Of a stretch of 48,069 nt of DNA, positions 1 to 10,357 are shown in pieces. How positions within the stretch are numbered: the first letter of the stretch is position 1; the number at the start of each line of letters is the position of its first letter. The translations under genes and the position numbers were made by a program. The notes below the pieces were generated by a model that had not been told where the DNA came from, did no database searches, and saw only the letters and a program-made list of their open reading frames with translations. The DNA comes from an uncultured Candidatus Saccharibacteria bacterium (GTDB taxonomy: Bacteria > Patescibacteriota > Minisyncoccia > Phycocordibacterales > Phycocordibacteraceae), in contig CAYQCB010000001.1 in the NCBI GenBank assembly GCA_964415875.1, positions 1 through 48,069 on the forward strand. The letters run 5' to 3'.

Positions 1-2
1 TA

Positions 3-1100
3 AGAGGTGGCACACTCGCACTCGCACACAACGGCAATTTGCCCTCGACAAAAGCCCTTGAAGCGTTTCTGGATGAGCGCGGACTACCCACGGAACACTT
101 TTCAGACTCACGGTTAATTGCAGAGGCCATTTCAGCACACATGGGCGATGGCCTCTCCGTCGAAGACGCAGTCGCCGCAACCTATCCGCTTATGACTGGC
201 GCTTTCTCAATAGTTATTCTGGTGGCCGACAAGCTGATCGCGCTGCGAGACTCGCACGGCATTCGCCCGCTCTCACTTGCCCGCCTCAACGGCGGGTTTG
301 TTGTTTCCTCTGAGACGTGCGCTTTTGGCCCCATGGGGGCTGTGTTTGAGCGCGACGTTCGTGCCGGAGAAATGATTGTGCTCAGCGAGCAGGGTCTCTC
401 AAGCCGGCAGCTGTCTCCGGGAAAGGAGCAGCTCGACGCCTTTGAATTCGTCTATTTTTCGCGTACCGATAGCACTTTGCTTGGCCAGTCGGTGTACGCA
501 GTGCGCCGTCGCTTTGGCGCCATACTCGCGCGCGAAGCAAACGTCGAGGTAGACATTGTCGTGCCGGTGCCCGAGACCGGCATTCCTGTAGCAGCAGGGT
601 TTGCTGAGGCAGCTCTCGTCACCTACGAGCCAGCTATTGCAAAAAATAGATACATCCACCGCACGTTCATAGCTCCCGATCAGCACTTGCGCGAACAGGG
701 GGTGAAAATGAAGCTCGCCCCTATTAAAGAAGCAATTTCCGGGAAACGCGTTGCTCTGGTAGACGACTCGGTGGTGCGCGGCACCACCTCAAAGCAAATC
801 GTCGCCATGCTTTTTGAAGCGGGCGCAAAAGAAGTACACTTTCTGGTCTCCTCTCCACCCGTAAAGTATCCGGACTTTTACGGCATCGATACGCCAAAGC
901 AAAGCGGCTTGCTTGCGGCTAACCACTCCGTAGAAGAAATGCGCAGCTACCTTGGCGCCACTTCCCTACACTTTCTTTCGCTCGAGGGGCTCATAGAAGG
1001 CGTGGGTGTGCCTCGAGAGAACCTGTGTCTCTCCTGCTTCACGGGCGAGTACCCCATCGACCTCCTCGAACGCGCGAACGAGGTCACGCCACGCGCTTAA
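3..1100 (+). CDS. purF: amidophosphoribosyltransferase, 5' end cut by window edge
   Basis: The frame stays open back to nt 3 (RGGTLALAHNGNL precedes the listed ORF). PRPP loop VALVDDSVVRGTTS. C-terminal CLSCFTGEYP cysteine pair typical of Fe-S PurF. Confidence 0.9.
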   Translation, partial: RGGTLALAHNGNLPSTKALEAFLDERGLPTEHFSDSRLIAEAISAHMGDGLSVEDAVAATYPLMTGAFSIVILVADKLIALRDSHGIRPLSLARLNGGFVVSSETCAFGPMGAVFERDVRAGEMIVLSEQGLSSRQLSPGKEQLDAFEFVYFSRTDSTLLGQSVYAVRRRFGAILAREANVEVDIVVPVPETGIPVAAGFAEAALVTYEPAIAKNRYIHRTFIAPDQHLREQGVKMKLAPIKEAISGKRVALVDDSVVRGTTSKQIVAMLFEAGAKEVHFLVSSPPVKYPDFYGIDTPKQSGLLAANHSVEEMRSYLGATSLHFLSLEGLIEGVGVPRENLCLSCFTGEYPIDLLERANEVTPRA

Positions 1101-1129
1101 AGAAGCCACAACACTTTGCCTCCAAATGC

Positions 1130-1160
1130 CTCTCTGCGGACACGCCGTGTCCACAGAGAG
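1130..1160. terminator. hairpin 1 between convergent purF and membrane-protein genes
   Basis: CTCTCTG-c-GGACACG-c-CGTGTCC-a-CAGAGAG. It shares the apical 15-nt palindrome GGACACGCCGTGTCC with hairpin 2. Confidence 0.5.
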
Positions 1161-1198
1161 CTCGTTGTACCACTTCTACACTAGGCCACTCTAGTAAA

Positions 1199-1229
1199 CC
1201 CCCTGAGGACACGCCGTGTCCTCAGGGGG
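1199..1229. terminator. hairpin 2, perfect 15-bp inverted repeat
   Basis: CCCCCTGAGGACACG-c-CGTGTCCTCAGGGGG, located in the gap between convergent genes. Confidence 0.6.
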
Positions 1230-1256
1230 TTCAAGTGGTCGTTGCTGCGGCCAAGA

Positions 1257-2273
1257 CTAAGGCGCAGAAAAATACGCCCCCACCAGCAGACCTAGAAAAA
1301 TCAGTAAACTAATCAAAGACGTAAGGAGCAGGAGGAGGAAATTACCCAAATCCTGCTTTGAGTGAGTCGGCCCACCATGCTGATACCGCCTCACAGACAC
1401 AATGAGAAGATACACGGCTAAATACCCGGCCGGTAGGATAACAAAAATCGGCGCCAGCGGGGCAGTACCACCGGGGTCAAAAAGCGGCACAAGAAATGGT
1501 GAAATAGCTACCAAAGAGAGCACCGCAGTCGTGGCAACTGCAATTTGCCATGCAAGCATCCCGCCGTCAGAGGCGTTGTGCCTTACTTCACTGTAGATTG
1601 CTCTCAATACCTGCGTTAATCCAGTTACATACACGGCCAGACCTACCACGTAACAAACCAACAGTAAAATAAGTTGCACCGAGTCGAGAAAACTAGACAC
1701 TATTCCAAATACAATAACCGCAATAGCAGCAAGCGGCGCCCAGACCTGCGCGGCGATTTCAAGCACGTCAGAAATGATAGAGGCGCGTTTACTTTTTATA
1801 CTCAACACTTTTATGTAAAACTTCACGTGACTAGCTACGACATAAATAATGCTTGCACTCAGGAAAAAGATGCCTGCGTCCTGTGCCGCGTCGAGTCGAT
1901 AATAGGGAAAGAGGTCAATCCATGTCCCAGGAGGTGGCCCGAGTCCAATTGTGAATATGAACCCAAGTAAAATAGGTGTGCTGATGAGAGCAAGTTTTCT
2001 CCACACAAAAAGGGTTGCCCTACGACTTACTGCTAGAGCAAAAAGCACGCCCGCATACGCCCATGTTGCGTATATAAAGAGCGGCACAGCAACTGCTGAC
2101 ACATAGGCATCTACACAACTTGCACCTTGTCCGCCAAGATACACGTGTCGACATATGTGGAACACCAGCGGATGTGCACTCACAAATGCGAGAACGAGCA
2201 AAAAGCTCGCAACAAGCAACACTTGCAATCTCGCACTTATTGAAACGTAGTTTGATTCAATAAGTTCTTTCAT
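1257..2273 (-). CDS. polytopic membrane protein, paralogous over its N-terminal part to the next gene
   Basis: 338-aa ORF that is hydrophobic throughout. Motif GTWIDLFPYYRLDAAQDAG matches GTFLDPFPFYRVNAAELAG in the 144-aa neighbour. ATGA overlap with the upstream gene. Confidence 0.6.
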   Translation of the reverse strand: MKELIESNYVSISARLQVLLVASFLLVLAFVSAHPLVFHICRHVYLGGQGASCVDAYVSAVAVPLFIYATWAYAGVLFALAVSRRATLFVWRKLALISTPILLGFIFTIGLGPPPGTWIDLFPYYRLDAAQDAGIFFLSASIIYVVASHVKFYIKVLSIKSKRASIISDVLEIAAQVWAPLAAIAVIVFGIVSSFLDSVQLILLLVCYVVGLAVYVTGLTQVLRAIYSEVRHNASDGGMLAWQIAVATTAVLSLVAISPFLVPLFDPGGTAPLAPIFVILPAGYLAVYLLIVSVRRYQHGGPTHSKQDLGNFLLLLLTSLISLLIFLGLLVGAYFSAP

Positions 2274-2704
2274 TTAGTAAGAGACTCACTCTTCGAGAGC
2301 CGATATGACTTTATATACCTCCAGACGACCAAGACAAAGGTAACTACGGAGAATACCTGCCCCGCAAGTTCTGCAGCATTCACTCGATAAAACGGAAAAG
2401 GGTCGAGAAAGGTGCCGGGCGCCTGCATAACGGGAGTTAGCACAATGAACAGAACTGCGATTATTGTGTAATATGGCACAAATCTCAGCCAAGAACGGAA
2501 TATCGACTCCTTGACGAAAAGAGTGAGCAGAACTGCCGGCCAGGCATACAAAAAGAAGTAGTAAACTGGCTGAGTAAATGGTTCATGGAAGCGATCGATC
2601 CATGTGCCATAACAGGTACGATTCGTAATTATGCACCAATAACTTACAGGAGCGGAAATCAGCCCTAAAAATGTAAGCACTACTGACGCTATCTTAGTGT
2701 TCAT
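2270..2704 (-). CDS. small membrane protein (about 4 TM), paralogue of 1257-2273
   Basis: 144-aa hydrophobic ORF with the shared FPFYR..AAE motif. Overlaps the stop of the upstream lipase gene by 11 nt. Confidence 0.6.
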   Translation of the reverse strand: MNTKIASVVLTFLGLISAPVSYWCIITNRTCYGTWIDRFHEPFTQPVYYFFLYAWPAVLLTLFVKESIFRSWLRFVPYYTIIAVLFIVLTPVMQAPGTFLDPFPFYRVNAAELAGQVFSVVTFVLVVWRYIKSYRLSKSESLTK

Positions 2705-5700
2705 AATTTTGAGTAACGAGCAATTTTAATTCTTCAAGCATAGCAGTAATTTCTTGGGCTTCTTGAGGAGATACAGTGTTTTGTGGGGCACGGGCTTGCC
2801 AACGGCTCGGCATTTTTGAGGTGATTGAGAGATACTTTTCGAGCGCCTCGATCTGAAACACAATTGTACGGGCGAGTATTTTTTCAATCCCAACAGAGAT
2901 CTTTTTCCGCAAACCCTTCAGAGCACTATCCCGCGTAGACATTGTATCTATGAGCGCGAGATTTCTATTAATTCCTTTCAACTGCGTATCTAGCTGCCGT
3001 TGCATGTTCTTTGATAAGCTAAGCGTTACAACGGCTTTCTCCATATAGGAGATATAGTCTGTGGCTGATACGGCTTCTGTAAATTGCGTCGTCGTACCCA
3101 CACTTGGCTTAATGGCGAAGTCTGCACTACCGTCGCCATTTTCGTCCACCGACAACGCTGAAGCGTCGGCTATGCCGTTTGAAATAGTTAAGTGTACCGT
3201 GGTGCTGGTCGAAACAGGCACATCTGCAATAGTTGCTGTGGCCACGAGTGTCCCCCCAAGAGACTCCTCAATGTCGAGTGAGAACATGCCTGAGGCCAGT
3301 CCACTTAAGTTCAACTGGTATTGACTGCCTGCTGGAGCAATCAGATACTGCACCTCTCCAAACTGGCCGTACTGCGCACCAGGAATGTTTTCTGTAACAG
3401 TGCTGCTTGCGGACAAGCCTGTCGTTTCGCCTTCAGCGTTACTCAACTGAAGAGTGAGTGGAGAGTGGAGGATGAATATGAGTTTTTTATCTTGGGTCAG
3501 GGGAGTAGGAGAGCTTGTCGATATTCCGAATGGTAGGGCATTTTGAGTTGACCCAAGCAAACTGGCAATTAAATCTCCGAGTTGGGTTACTCCAAAAATA
3601 TTTGCATGTGATATTTTAGATTTTTGCGCTTTGTTTATTGAATGTAAATCGACCCAAAACCGTTTTACATTTGTACTGCTCGCCATAGCGAGGGCGCTCG
3701 GCACCGGAACAGTACCATCCCCGTCCTCCGTGAAAATTGGTATATATGAGCGCGGTTGTTCCTCAAACGCCACTGCTGGACCTGCAGCAGACTTGGTTCC
3801 GTACATGGTGTAGAAATCTATTCCGGCCACAGTGTCTATTCCCCACCCTGCAATTTGGTCAACCTCAATACCCGTTGGAGGCACCCAGCGGTCGAGTGTA
3901 TTGTGAATGGTGTTTGCATATTGCACGAGCGCTGAATTTGCGATTTCTGGATCTTTCAAGTCACTCGCCTCAGGGTCTGCTCGCGACGCCAGCGTCCCCA
4001 AAAGAAAATTATCAAACGTATCTCTATCTATTATAGAATTCCCATATGCAGCCTCTTCAGCAGCATAGGCCGGCCCCGAGAAATGCACCACGGGGTGGGT
4101 CGGCTCAGTAATAATCGAGGTGAAGTAGTCCACCGACGGCAACAAGTGATAGGCCATCGGAGAGTTCTGTGCGAGTGCTCTCGCGGCAGCATTTGAAACA
4201 ACACCAATACCGTAATCATAAATGCCGGCATTGTAACCAAGCAGAAGACTGCCAACGGCTGCAGGCGCGCCAGTTTGCGGTACGGCAACCATGATCACGC
4301 GGTCTACCAAAGTAGCGGCCTGGTTGCCAAGGCGTGCGAGCAACGCCTTGGCAACCAGGCCGCCATTTGAGTGCGCAATGATGGTCACCTTCCCTGTTTT
4401 CGAACTGGCAGCCAAACGCCGCAGCATTTGTTCAATATACGGCGTGTCAGTGGCCGTCGCATAGTTAATGTTGCCATTCGTCTCTGCGCCCCTCGTAAGC
4501 AAATCGTTCAGTGACAGCCGCCAGTCATACGCCGCAGGGGACCAATCGTTTATGGTGCCCGCCGCTTTGAGCGATTGCATTTGATCAATAACTGGCTGAT
4601 ATATGGCGCCACCAGCCGAGTCAATAATGTCGCCGTCCTTTGCGTAGATGTCCGAGCATTCGCTTTTACCAGACGTGGTAAGTGCTAATTTAGCAACCTT
4701 TGAGTCGCCCGCACCAAAGACCACTCCCCAAAAACCAGAATACGGCTCCCACAACTTCTCTTCAGCAGTGCCACCACACGCCGTCCCCTCATACAACCGA
4801 CTGCCCTCAATGCCCGGTAGAAAAAGCACGTTGTCAGTGCACGCTCCAGGCACCGCACAGGGATCTGGCACCGATGGGTCCACCGTGAGCCATGGAGTGT
4901 ACGTAACAGCCCCCTCTATGCCATTTCCGCTTCCAGCCACATTCGCTAGCGTGTCATGCGGCCCCGAGGCACTGCCCCACCAATCATCTCGAGCATCGAT
5001 AGCGGTACTCGCGTCATTTAATACGCCGAGATCTGTATTGTCGTGAATGCTTGAATCGTGTACCACGACTGAGTCATGGCCTTCCGAATACATGCCCGTT
5101 GCATTGTGATCGATTTCACTGTGTGCAACCAAAAGAGAACCTCCTCTCATATAGATGCCGTCGTCTGTGTTATTAAAAATGTGCGTGTTGTGCAACGTAA
5201 GCATCCCTCCAGCAACCGTTATACCGACTTCGTGATTTGAGACCTGCGAATCAGAAAGCGTGGTAGTACCAGACCACTGGCCAAAACCGTCATATGCATT
5301 GTGCGTGAAGGTCATGTGCGAAAGCATCAGCACTCCTCCAGCATTTGCTATTCCTGTACGAGGAACAGGTGTGATATACCCGCCACCATAGCGAACAGTC
5401 GCGTACGAGACCGTACCACTTGAGCCTGGCTCAAATTCCACATGCATCCATTGTCCGTCGGTTGGCGTACTACTTGCCTCTCCACTGGTAAGGCCACCAA
5501 CAGAATCATCCTCTGTCGACGTGAAAAAGATGGGACTATCTGCTGTCCCCTCTGCCACAAGCGCTCCATACACCAGCATTCCGTTTTCTTTCCCAAATTT
5601 CACCACAACGCCAGGATCAATATGGAGCGATGCACCAGCCAACACACTGAACAAAGTCACGCCATTGTAAGTCCGCGGCATTTCTACAACGTACGGACTC

Positions 5701-5855
5701 TCGGAAAGTGTCCAGTGAGTGTCAGTAGCAATATTACTTGTGACCGCCGTTGCCGCACGCGCGGACACGGGGAAACCGCAGCATCCGACAATTGCCAAGA
5801 CTGCAGTGAGCCCTATTCGTCTGGGCATGCGCAAGCGCATGGCGAGCCCCTTCAT
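2694..5855 (-). CDS. secreted parallel beta-helix protein fused to an LCAT/lipase-type alpha/beta hydrolase, with a C-terminal coiled coil
   Basis: Signal peptide RIGLTAVLAIVGCCGFPVSARA. The start is probably the MKGL Met at 5855; the ORF is open to 5918. PbH1-like repeats (HNTHIFNNTDDGIYM, HSEIDHNATGMY, HDSSIHDNTDLGV) end in DDWWG. Then YDWR and the nucleophile elbow IIAHSNGG. Confidence 0.8.
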   Translation of the reverse strand: MKGLAMRLRMPRRIGLTAVLAIVGCCGFPVSARAATAVTSNIATDTHWTLSESPYVVEMPRTYNGVTLFSVLAGASLHIDPGVVVKFGKENGMLVYGALVAEGTADSPIFFTSTEDDSVGGLTSGEASSTPTDGQWMHVEFEPGSSGTVSYATVRYGGGYITPVPRTGIANAGGVLMLSHMTFTHNAYDGFGQWSGTTTLSDSQVSNHEVGITVAGGMLTLHNTHIFNNTDDGIYMRGGSLLVAHSEIDHNATGMYSEGHDSVVVHDSSIHDNTDLGVLNDASTAIDARDDWWGSASGPHDTLANVAGSGNGIEGAVTYTPWLTVDPSVPDPCAVPGACTDNVLFLPGIEGSRLYEGTACGGTAEEKLWEPYSGFWGVVFGAGDSKVAKLALTTSGKSECSDIYAKDGDIIDSAGGAIYQPVIDQMQSLKAAGTINDWSPAAYDWRLSLNDLLTRGAETNGNINYATATDTPYIEQMLRRLAASSKTGKVTIIAHSNGGLVAKALLARLGNQAATLVDRVIMVAVPQTGAPAAVGSLLLGYNAGIYDYGIGVVSNAAARALAQNSPMAYHLLPSVDYFTSIITEPTHPVVHFSGPAYAAEEAAYGNSIIDRDTFDNFLLGTLASRADPEASDLKDPEIANSALVQYANTIHNTLDRWVPPTGIEVDQIAGWGIDTVAGIDFYTMYGTKSAAGPAVAFEEQPRSYIPIFTEDGDGTVPVPSALAMASSTNVKRFWVDLHSINKAQKSKISHANIFGVTQLGDLIASLLGSTQNALPFGISTSSPTPLTQDKKLIFILHSPLTLQLSNAEGETTGLSASSTVTENIPGAQYGQFGEVQYLIAPAGSQYQLNLSGLASGMFSLDIEESLGGTLVATATIADVPVSTSTTVHLTISNGIADASALSVDENGDGSADFAIKPSVGTTTQFTEAVSATDYISYMEKAVVTLSLSKNMQRQLDTQLKGINRNLALIDTMSTRDSALKGLRKKISVGIEKILARTIVFQIEALEKYLSITSKMPSRWQARAPQNTVSPQEAQEITAMLEELKLLVTQNYEH

Positions 5856-6023
5856 ATTTTTACCGTAACATATGAAATACGTGCGCAAGTCACCGGGTGT
5901 GGAAAGATGCGAAACCAAAACAGGACACTCCTTTTACTTACGGCTTCACAAGTTTACCCACACACCCTCTCCCTGTGCACAGAGCGTGGCACTGCGTAGC
6001 CTCAAGAGGGTACACTGTACGCA

Positions 6024-7700
6024 ATGACTCCTGACGAACTCAAGAAACATATACAAGGCGCTATACAAGGAGAAGTAAAAGACGATGCCGAGTCACTTAA
6101 AAAAGCGAGCCGCGATACTTCTCTTTTCGTGCGAGTACCAGAACTCGTCGTGTGCCCAAAGGACACCGCGGACGTGTGCGCCATTGTGAAAGCCGTGAGC
6201 GCCTCTCATGCTGCTGGTAGCGGCGCTGTGCTTGCTGCGCGCTCGGCCGGTACCGACATGAGCGGCGGCCCGCTCACTACTGGCGTCGTCGTCTCCTTCA
6301 CTGAACACATGAATCGCGTGCTTTCGGTTGAAGCTGACGCCTTGGGTGGTGTAGCTGAAACAGAGCCTGGTGTGTTCTACCGAGATTTTGAAGTGGAAAC
6401 GCTCAAAAAAGATCTCATACTTCCCTCCTTTCCTGCCTCTCGTGAGCTCTGTGCCATGGGCGGTATTGTCTCAAACAACTCGGGCGGCGAACGCACGCTC
6501 GAGTACGGCAAGACAGAAAAATATGTCGAGGAGCTTGACGTGGTGCTCTCCGACGGATCAACTGCCACCTTTAAAGCGCTCACTCCCTCCGAACTCTCTG
6601 AAAAGAAAAAACTCGAGACGCTTGAGGGGAAGATATACCGAGACATGCACGCGCTCGTCATCAACTCCGCAGAAGTCATTTCGGCGCACCGCCCCAAGGT
6701 TTCAAAAAACTCGGCTGGTTACGCGCTCTGGAGCATCCTCGACTCGAAAACCGGACTTTTCAACCTCGCAAAACTCATCGTTGGCTCGCAAGGCACGCTC
6801 GCTCTCTGGACGCGAGCAAAGTTGCGCCTCGTGAAGCCAAAAGATCACCGCGCCATGCTGGTGGTCTTCCTCTACGAGCTCACGCACCTCCCTGAAATCG
6901 TAGAGAAGGTGCTCCCGTTGCGCCCTGAGTCGTTTGAGAGCTACGACAATCACACCTTTGAGCTTGCTGTGAAATTTTTGCCCGAGATGCTCTCGCAAAT
7001 GGGCTTCGTAAAAGCCGCTCGACTCGGCATTGATTTCATCCCTGAGGCCGCTATGGTCGCCACCGGCGGCGTTCCTCAAATGATTCTCATGGCTGAATTT
7101 GCGGAAGACACTATAGAAGAGGCAGACCGAAAGGCGCTTGCGGCACAAAAAGCCCTCGAAGGATTCCATGTGCGCACAAAAATTGAGAAGAACGAAAAGG
7201 AATCCGAGAAATACTGGATCGTCCGTCGAGAAAGTTTCTCCCTCTTGCGCAAGAGCCTCCACGGCATGTACGCTTCGCCGTTTATCGACGACTTTGTGGT
7301 GCCTCCGTCGTGCTACCCGAGCTTCTTGCCCAAACTTGAAGCGATTCTCCAAGAATATAAGTCACACTTCGTGTACACCGTCGCCGGGCACATTGGCAAT
7401 GGTAACTTCCACATCATTCCGCTCATGGATCTCTCAAAGGCAGAGAATCGCGCCATCGTACTCGAGCTGGCGCCAAAAGTGTATGAGCTCGTCATTTCTG
7501 AGGGTGGCACCACCACCGGCGAACACAACGACGGCATCATCCGCACGCCGTACCTCTCCATGCTTTTTGGAAAAGACATGGTGGCGCTTTTCGAAGAAAC
7601 AAAAAAGACGTTTGATCCGCAAAACATTTTCAATCCGGGCAAAAAAGTGGGCGGCACGTTTGAGGACATCAAAAACGACATGATACAAGACGTCGATTAG
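6024..7700 (+). CDS. FAD-binding oxidoreductase (GlcD / D-lactate dehydrogenase-like)
   Basis: 558 aa. N-terminal FAD-binding PCMH-type region (AARSAGTDMSGGPL) and C-terminal FAD-oxidase region (GGTTTGEHNDGIIR). Confidence 0.8.
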   Translation: MTPDELKKHIQGAIQGEVKDDAESLKKASRDTSLFVRVPELVVCPKDTADVCAIVKAVSASHAAGSGAVLAARSAGTDMSGGPLTTGVVVSFTEHMNRVLSVEADALGGVAETEPGVFYRDFEVETLKKDLILPSFPASRELCAMGGIVSNNSGGERTLEYGKTEKYVEELDVVLSDGSTATFKALTPSELSEKKKLETLEGKIYRDMHALVINSAEVISAHRPKVSKNSAGYALWSILDSKTGLFNLAKLIVGSQGTLALWTRAKLRLVKPKDHRAMLVVFLYELTHLPEIVEKVLPLRPESFESYDNHTFELAVKFLPEMLSQMGFVKAARLGIDFIPEAAMVATGGVPQMILMAEFAEDTIEEADRKALAAQKALEGFHVRTKIEKNEKESEKYWIVRRESFSLLRKSLHGMYASPFIDDFVVPPSCYPSFLPKLEAILQEYKSHFVYTVAGHIGNGNFHIIPLMDLSKAENRAIVLELAPKVYELVISEGGTTTGEHNDGIIRTPYLSMLFGKDMVALFEETKKTFDPQNIFNPGKKVGGTFEDIKNDMIQDVD

Positions 7701-7800
7701 CAGGTCATCGGCTTGTTTCAACAAGCTGAAAGAAGACCCTTGCTGTGGCGTAATAACCCCGAACGCACTCGTGGCGCCTTACCCGTCAACCTCCCCATCC

Positions 7801-9618
7801 ATGCCAGAGCTATCGGCCCTCACAAACTTGCGCGCACGCGGCTCCAGCATTCGTGCCTATGCTGCTCAGCACAAAGTTATCTCGGGAATCGTCATTCTTG
7901 TTGTGTGCTATGGCGCGTGGTACGCCTACGCAGCTGCCACCGCTCCCTCCACCGCCACACGCTATGTGACCACCACCGTGGCCTCGGGCACGGTCGTTGA
8001 AAGCCTCACCGAGACCGGCCAGGTGAGCGCCTCGCAACAAATCACGCTCTCGCCCAAAGCATCAGGAGAAGTAATTGGCGTCTACGTAAAGCCAGGGCAA
8101 TACGTCTACGCAGGGCAAGTTGTCGCGCAACTAGACGCCACACCAGCACTTCAGTCGCTCAAAAATGCGCAGCTTTCTCTCCAAAATCAACAGCTCAGTT
8201 ACGCGCAATCAACAGCCACCTCCACGCTCTCGCTCAACCTCACCGTTGCGCAAAACAACGTAACGACGGCAGAAATAAATCTCCAGAAAGCACACGACAC
8301 TGCCTACGCTTCTCTTTCAAGTGTGTACGGTGACTTGAGTACGGTCGTCACTGGACTCGACAGCGTTTTGCACAGCTCAAACGCACCTGGTCGCACCAAC
8401 CAGCAAAACATAGACGCCTACACCGACATCGTCTCTGCACACGACAACAGCATCTCGATTTACCAAAACACGGCGATCACTTCGTACACTGCTGCATACA
8501 ATGCCTATACAGCACAGGCAGCTCTCTACAAAGCAACCAACGCCACTATTTCAAACAACGACTTACTTGCCCTTGCAAAAGCTACCTACACCACGACCCA
8601 GAGCGTCACAGAGGCAGTCCGTAACACGCACGACTTTTTTGATCGCGTGTCTTCAGATTATTCTATGTACACCCTAGGAAGTTCTCCCGCGCTCGCTACA
8701 CTTCTCGCTTCGACCAACACTTACACCTCAACCGTCGCTGCGGACCTGAGCAGTATCCTGAGCGCCCAAAGCTCTCTGGTAGCCGCACAGCTGTCACTAG
8801 CTCAGGCACAAAACGCTCTGGAAACAGCGCAAGGCGGATCAAACACACTTACTGTGCAGCAAGCGTCCCTTGCCCTACAGCAAGCGCAGGACTCGGTAAC
8901 AAACGCACAAACCACACTTGCGGGTTATACCGTGACCGCACCATTTAGCGGCACTATCGGCAACGTTGGCGTGCAAAAGTATGACCAAGCGTCGAGCGGC
9001 ACTTCTATCGCTACCCTCGTAACGAGTGATAAAACGGCAAGTATTTCTGTAAACGAAGTTGATGCAAGCAAACTCGCCGTGGGACAGAAAGCCGTACTCA
9101 CGTTTGATGCGCTGCCCAATGTCTCTCTTGCGGGCACAGTTGCTTCAATAGACACCGTCGGTAGCGCAACGCAAGGCGTCGTCTCCTACAACGCCGTCAT
9201 TGCCTTCGATACGCAAAATCCACAAGTGCTGCCAGGCATGAGTGTGACGGCAAACATCATTGTGGCGAGCAAATCAGGCCTTGTCGTCCCTGCAACGGCG
9301 ATCAAAAGCGCAGGCACGCAAAGCTATGTCGAAGTCTTTGACCCACCTCTCCCTCTCAGCGAAAGCCCTACGGGCGCCGAGAGTTCTACCACGCCGGAGC
9401 GCATTAGCGTGACCACTGGCCTCTCCGACGACACCAACACCATCGTCACTACCGGCTTGACCCAAGGCATGCAAGTCGTCACGAAAACCATTGCGGGAAC
9501 GGTAACCACTGCAAAGACAACAACGGGCGCGCCATCAATTTTGAACGCAGCCGGCGCAGGCGCGCGACCAGCAGGTGCACGCGCAGGGACTGCAGTCTTT
9601 CGTGGCCCCGGCGGATAA
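7801..9618 (+). CDS. HlyD/MacA-type periplasmic adaptor with an unusually long Ala/Ser/Thr/Gln-rich helical region
   Basis: N-terminal TM helix and a lipoyl-like half-motif [16 protein letters not shown], followed by beta-barrel/MP segments. An alternative GTG start lies at 7771. Confidence 0.75.
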   Translation: MPELSALTNLRARGSSIRAYAAQHKVISGIVILVVCYGAWYAYAAATAPSTATRYVTTTVASGTVVESLTETGQVSASQQITLSPKASGEVIGVYVKPGQYVYAGQVVAQLDATPALQSLKNAQLSLQNQQLSYAQSTATSTLSLNLTVAQNNVTTAEINLQKAHDTAYASLSSVYGDLSTVVTGLDSVLHSSNAPGRTNQQNIDAYTDIVSAHDNSISIYQNTAITSYTAAYNAYTAQAALYKATNATISNNDLLALAKATYTTTQSVTEAVRNTHDFFDRVSSDYSMYTLGSSPALATLLASTNTYTSTVAADLSSILSAQSSLVAAQLSLAQAQNALETAQGGSNTLTVQQASLALQQAQDSVTNAQTTLAGYTVTAPFSGTIGNVGVQKYDQASSGTSIATLVTSDKTASISVNEVDASKLAVGQKAVLTFDALPNVSLAGTVASIDTVGSATQGVVSYNAVIAFDTQNPQVLPGMSVTANIIVASKSGLVVPATAIKSAGTQSYVEVFDPPLPLSESPTGAESSTTPERISVTTGLSDDTNTIVTTGLTQGMQVVTKTIAGTVTTAKTTTGAPSILNAAGAGARPAGARAGTAVFRGPGG

Positions 9619-9622
9619 GCAC

Positions 9623-10357
9623 ATGATTGAAATACGTGACATCACCAAAACCTACGGAGCTGGCCCCGAAGCCTACACGGCGCTCAAAGGTGTTTCGTTT
9701 ACGGTAAACGAAGGCGAATTTGTGGCCATCATGGGCCCGTCTGGCAGCGGCAAATCGACCCTCATGCACATCATTGGTTGCCTAGACACGCCCACGAGCG
9801 GTTCCTACCGCCTTGACGACCGAGACGTGTCAAAAATGACCGACGACGAGCTTGCAAACATTCGGAAAGATAAAATTGGCTTCGTCTTTCAAGCGTTTAA
9901 CCTATTGCCACGCACCACGGTGCTGCGTAACGTGGTGCTGCCTCTTATTTACGCAAACATGCCTCCACACGAACGCGAAAAGCGCGCAGGCGAAGCACTC
10001 GAGGCAGCCGGGCTGCCCCGCGACCACTTCACGCACCTCTCGAACCAGCTCTCGGGAGGACAGATTCAGCGCGTCGCTATAGCGCGAGCACTCGTAAACG
10101 ATCCTTCGCTCATTCTTGCTGACGAACCCACTGGCAACCTCGACTCCAAAACGAGCCTCATTGTGCTTGGCACCTTGCAGAAACTCAACCGCGAACACGG
10201 ACGCACGATCGTACTCATCACGCACGAACCAGACATTGCCGAACACGCCAGCCGCATCATTCGCCTGCGCGACGGAGTCATCGTGTCCGACGAGAAAAAT
10301 GCCGCGGTGCGAGACGCCACGCTCGAGACGCGCCTCTACGACACGCAAACAACATGA
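9623..10357 (+). CDS. ABC transporter ATP-binding protein (MacB/LolD-like)
   Basis: Starts at [12 protein letters not shown]. Walker [10 protein letters not shown], signature LSGGQIQR, Walker B LILADEPT. Confidence 0.9.
   Translation: MIEIRDITKTYGAGPEAYTALKGVSFTVNEGEFVAIMGPSGSGKSTLMHIIGCLDTPTSGSYRLDDRDVSKMTDDELANIRKDKIGFVFQAFNLLPRTTVLRNVVLPLIYANMPPHEREKRAGEALEAAGLPRDHFTHLSNQLSGGQIQRVAIARALVNDPSLILADEPTGNLDSKTSLIVLGTLQKLNREHGRTIVLITHEPDIAEHASRIIRLRDGVIVSDEKNAAVRDATLETRLYDTQTT

Noticed and set aside
1326-1336. GAGCAGGAGGA matches an 11-nt stretch of the palindromic-element core. A CTGCGCAGAGC match occurs at about 44085 in smc.
   Set aside because: The flanks show no further similarity and no inverted repeats. 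Both matches lie in coding sequence and are short chance matches in GC-rich DNA.
7713-8000. 95-aa plus-strand ORF overlapping the start of the adaptor gene in another frame.
   Set aside because: It is Arg/Cys/His-rich and overlaps the better-supported HlyD-family frame, whose N-terminal TM helix is encoded here.
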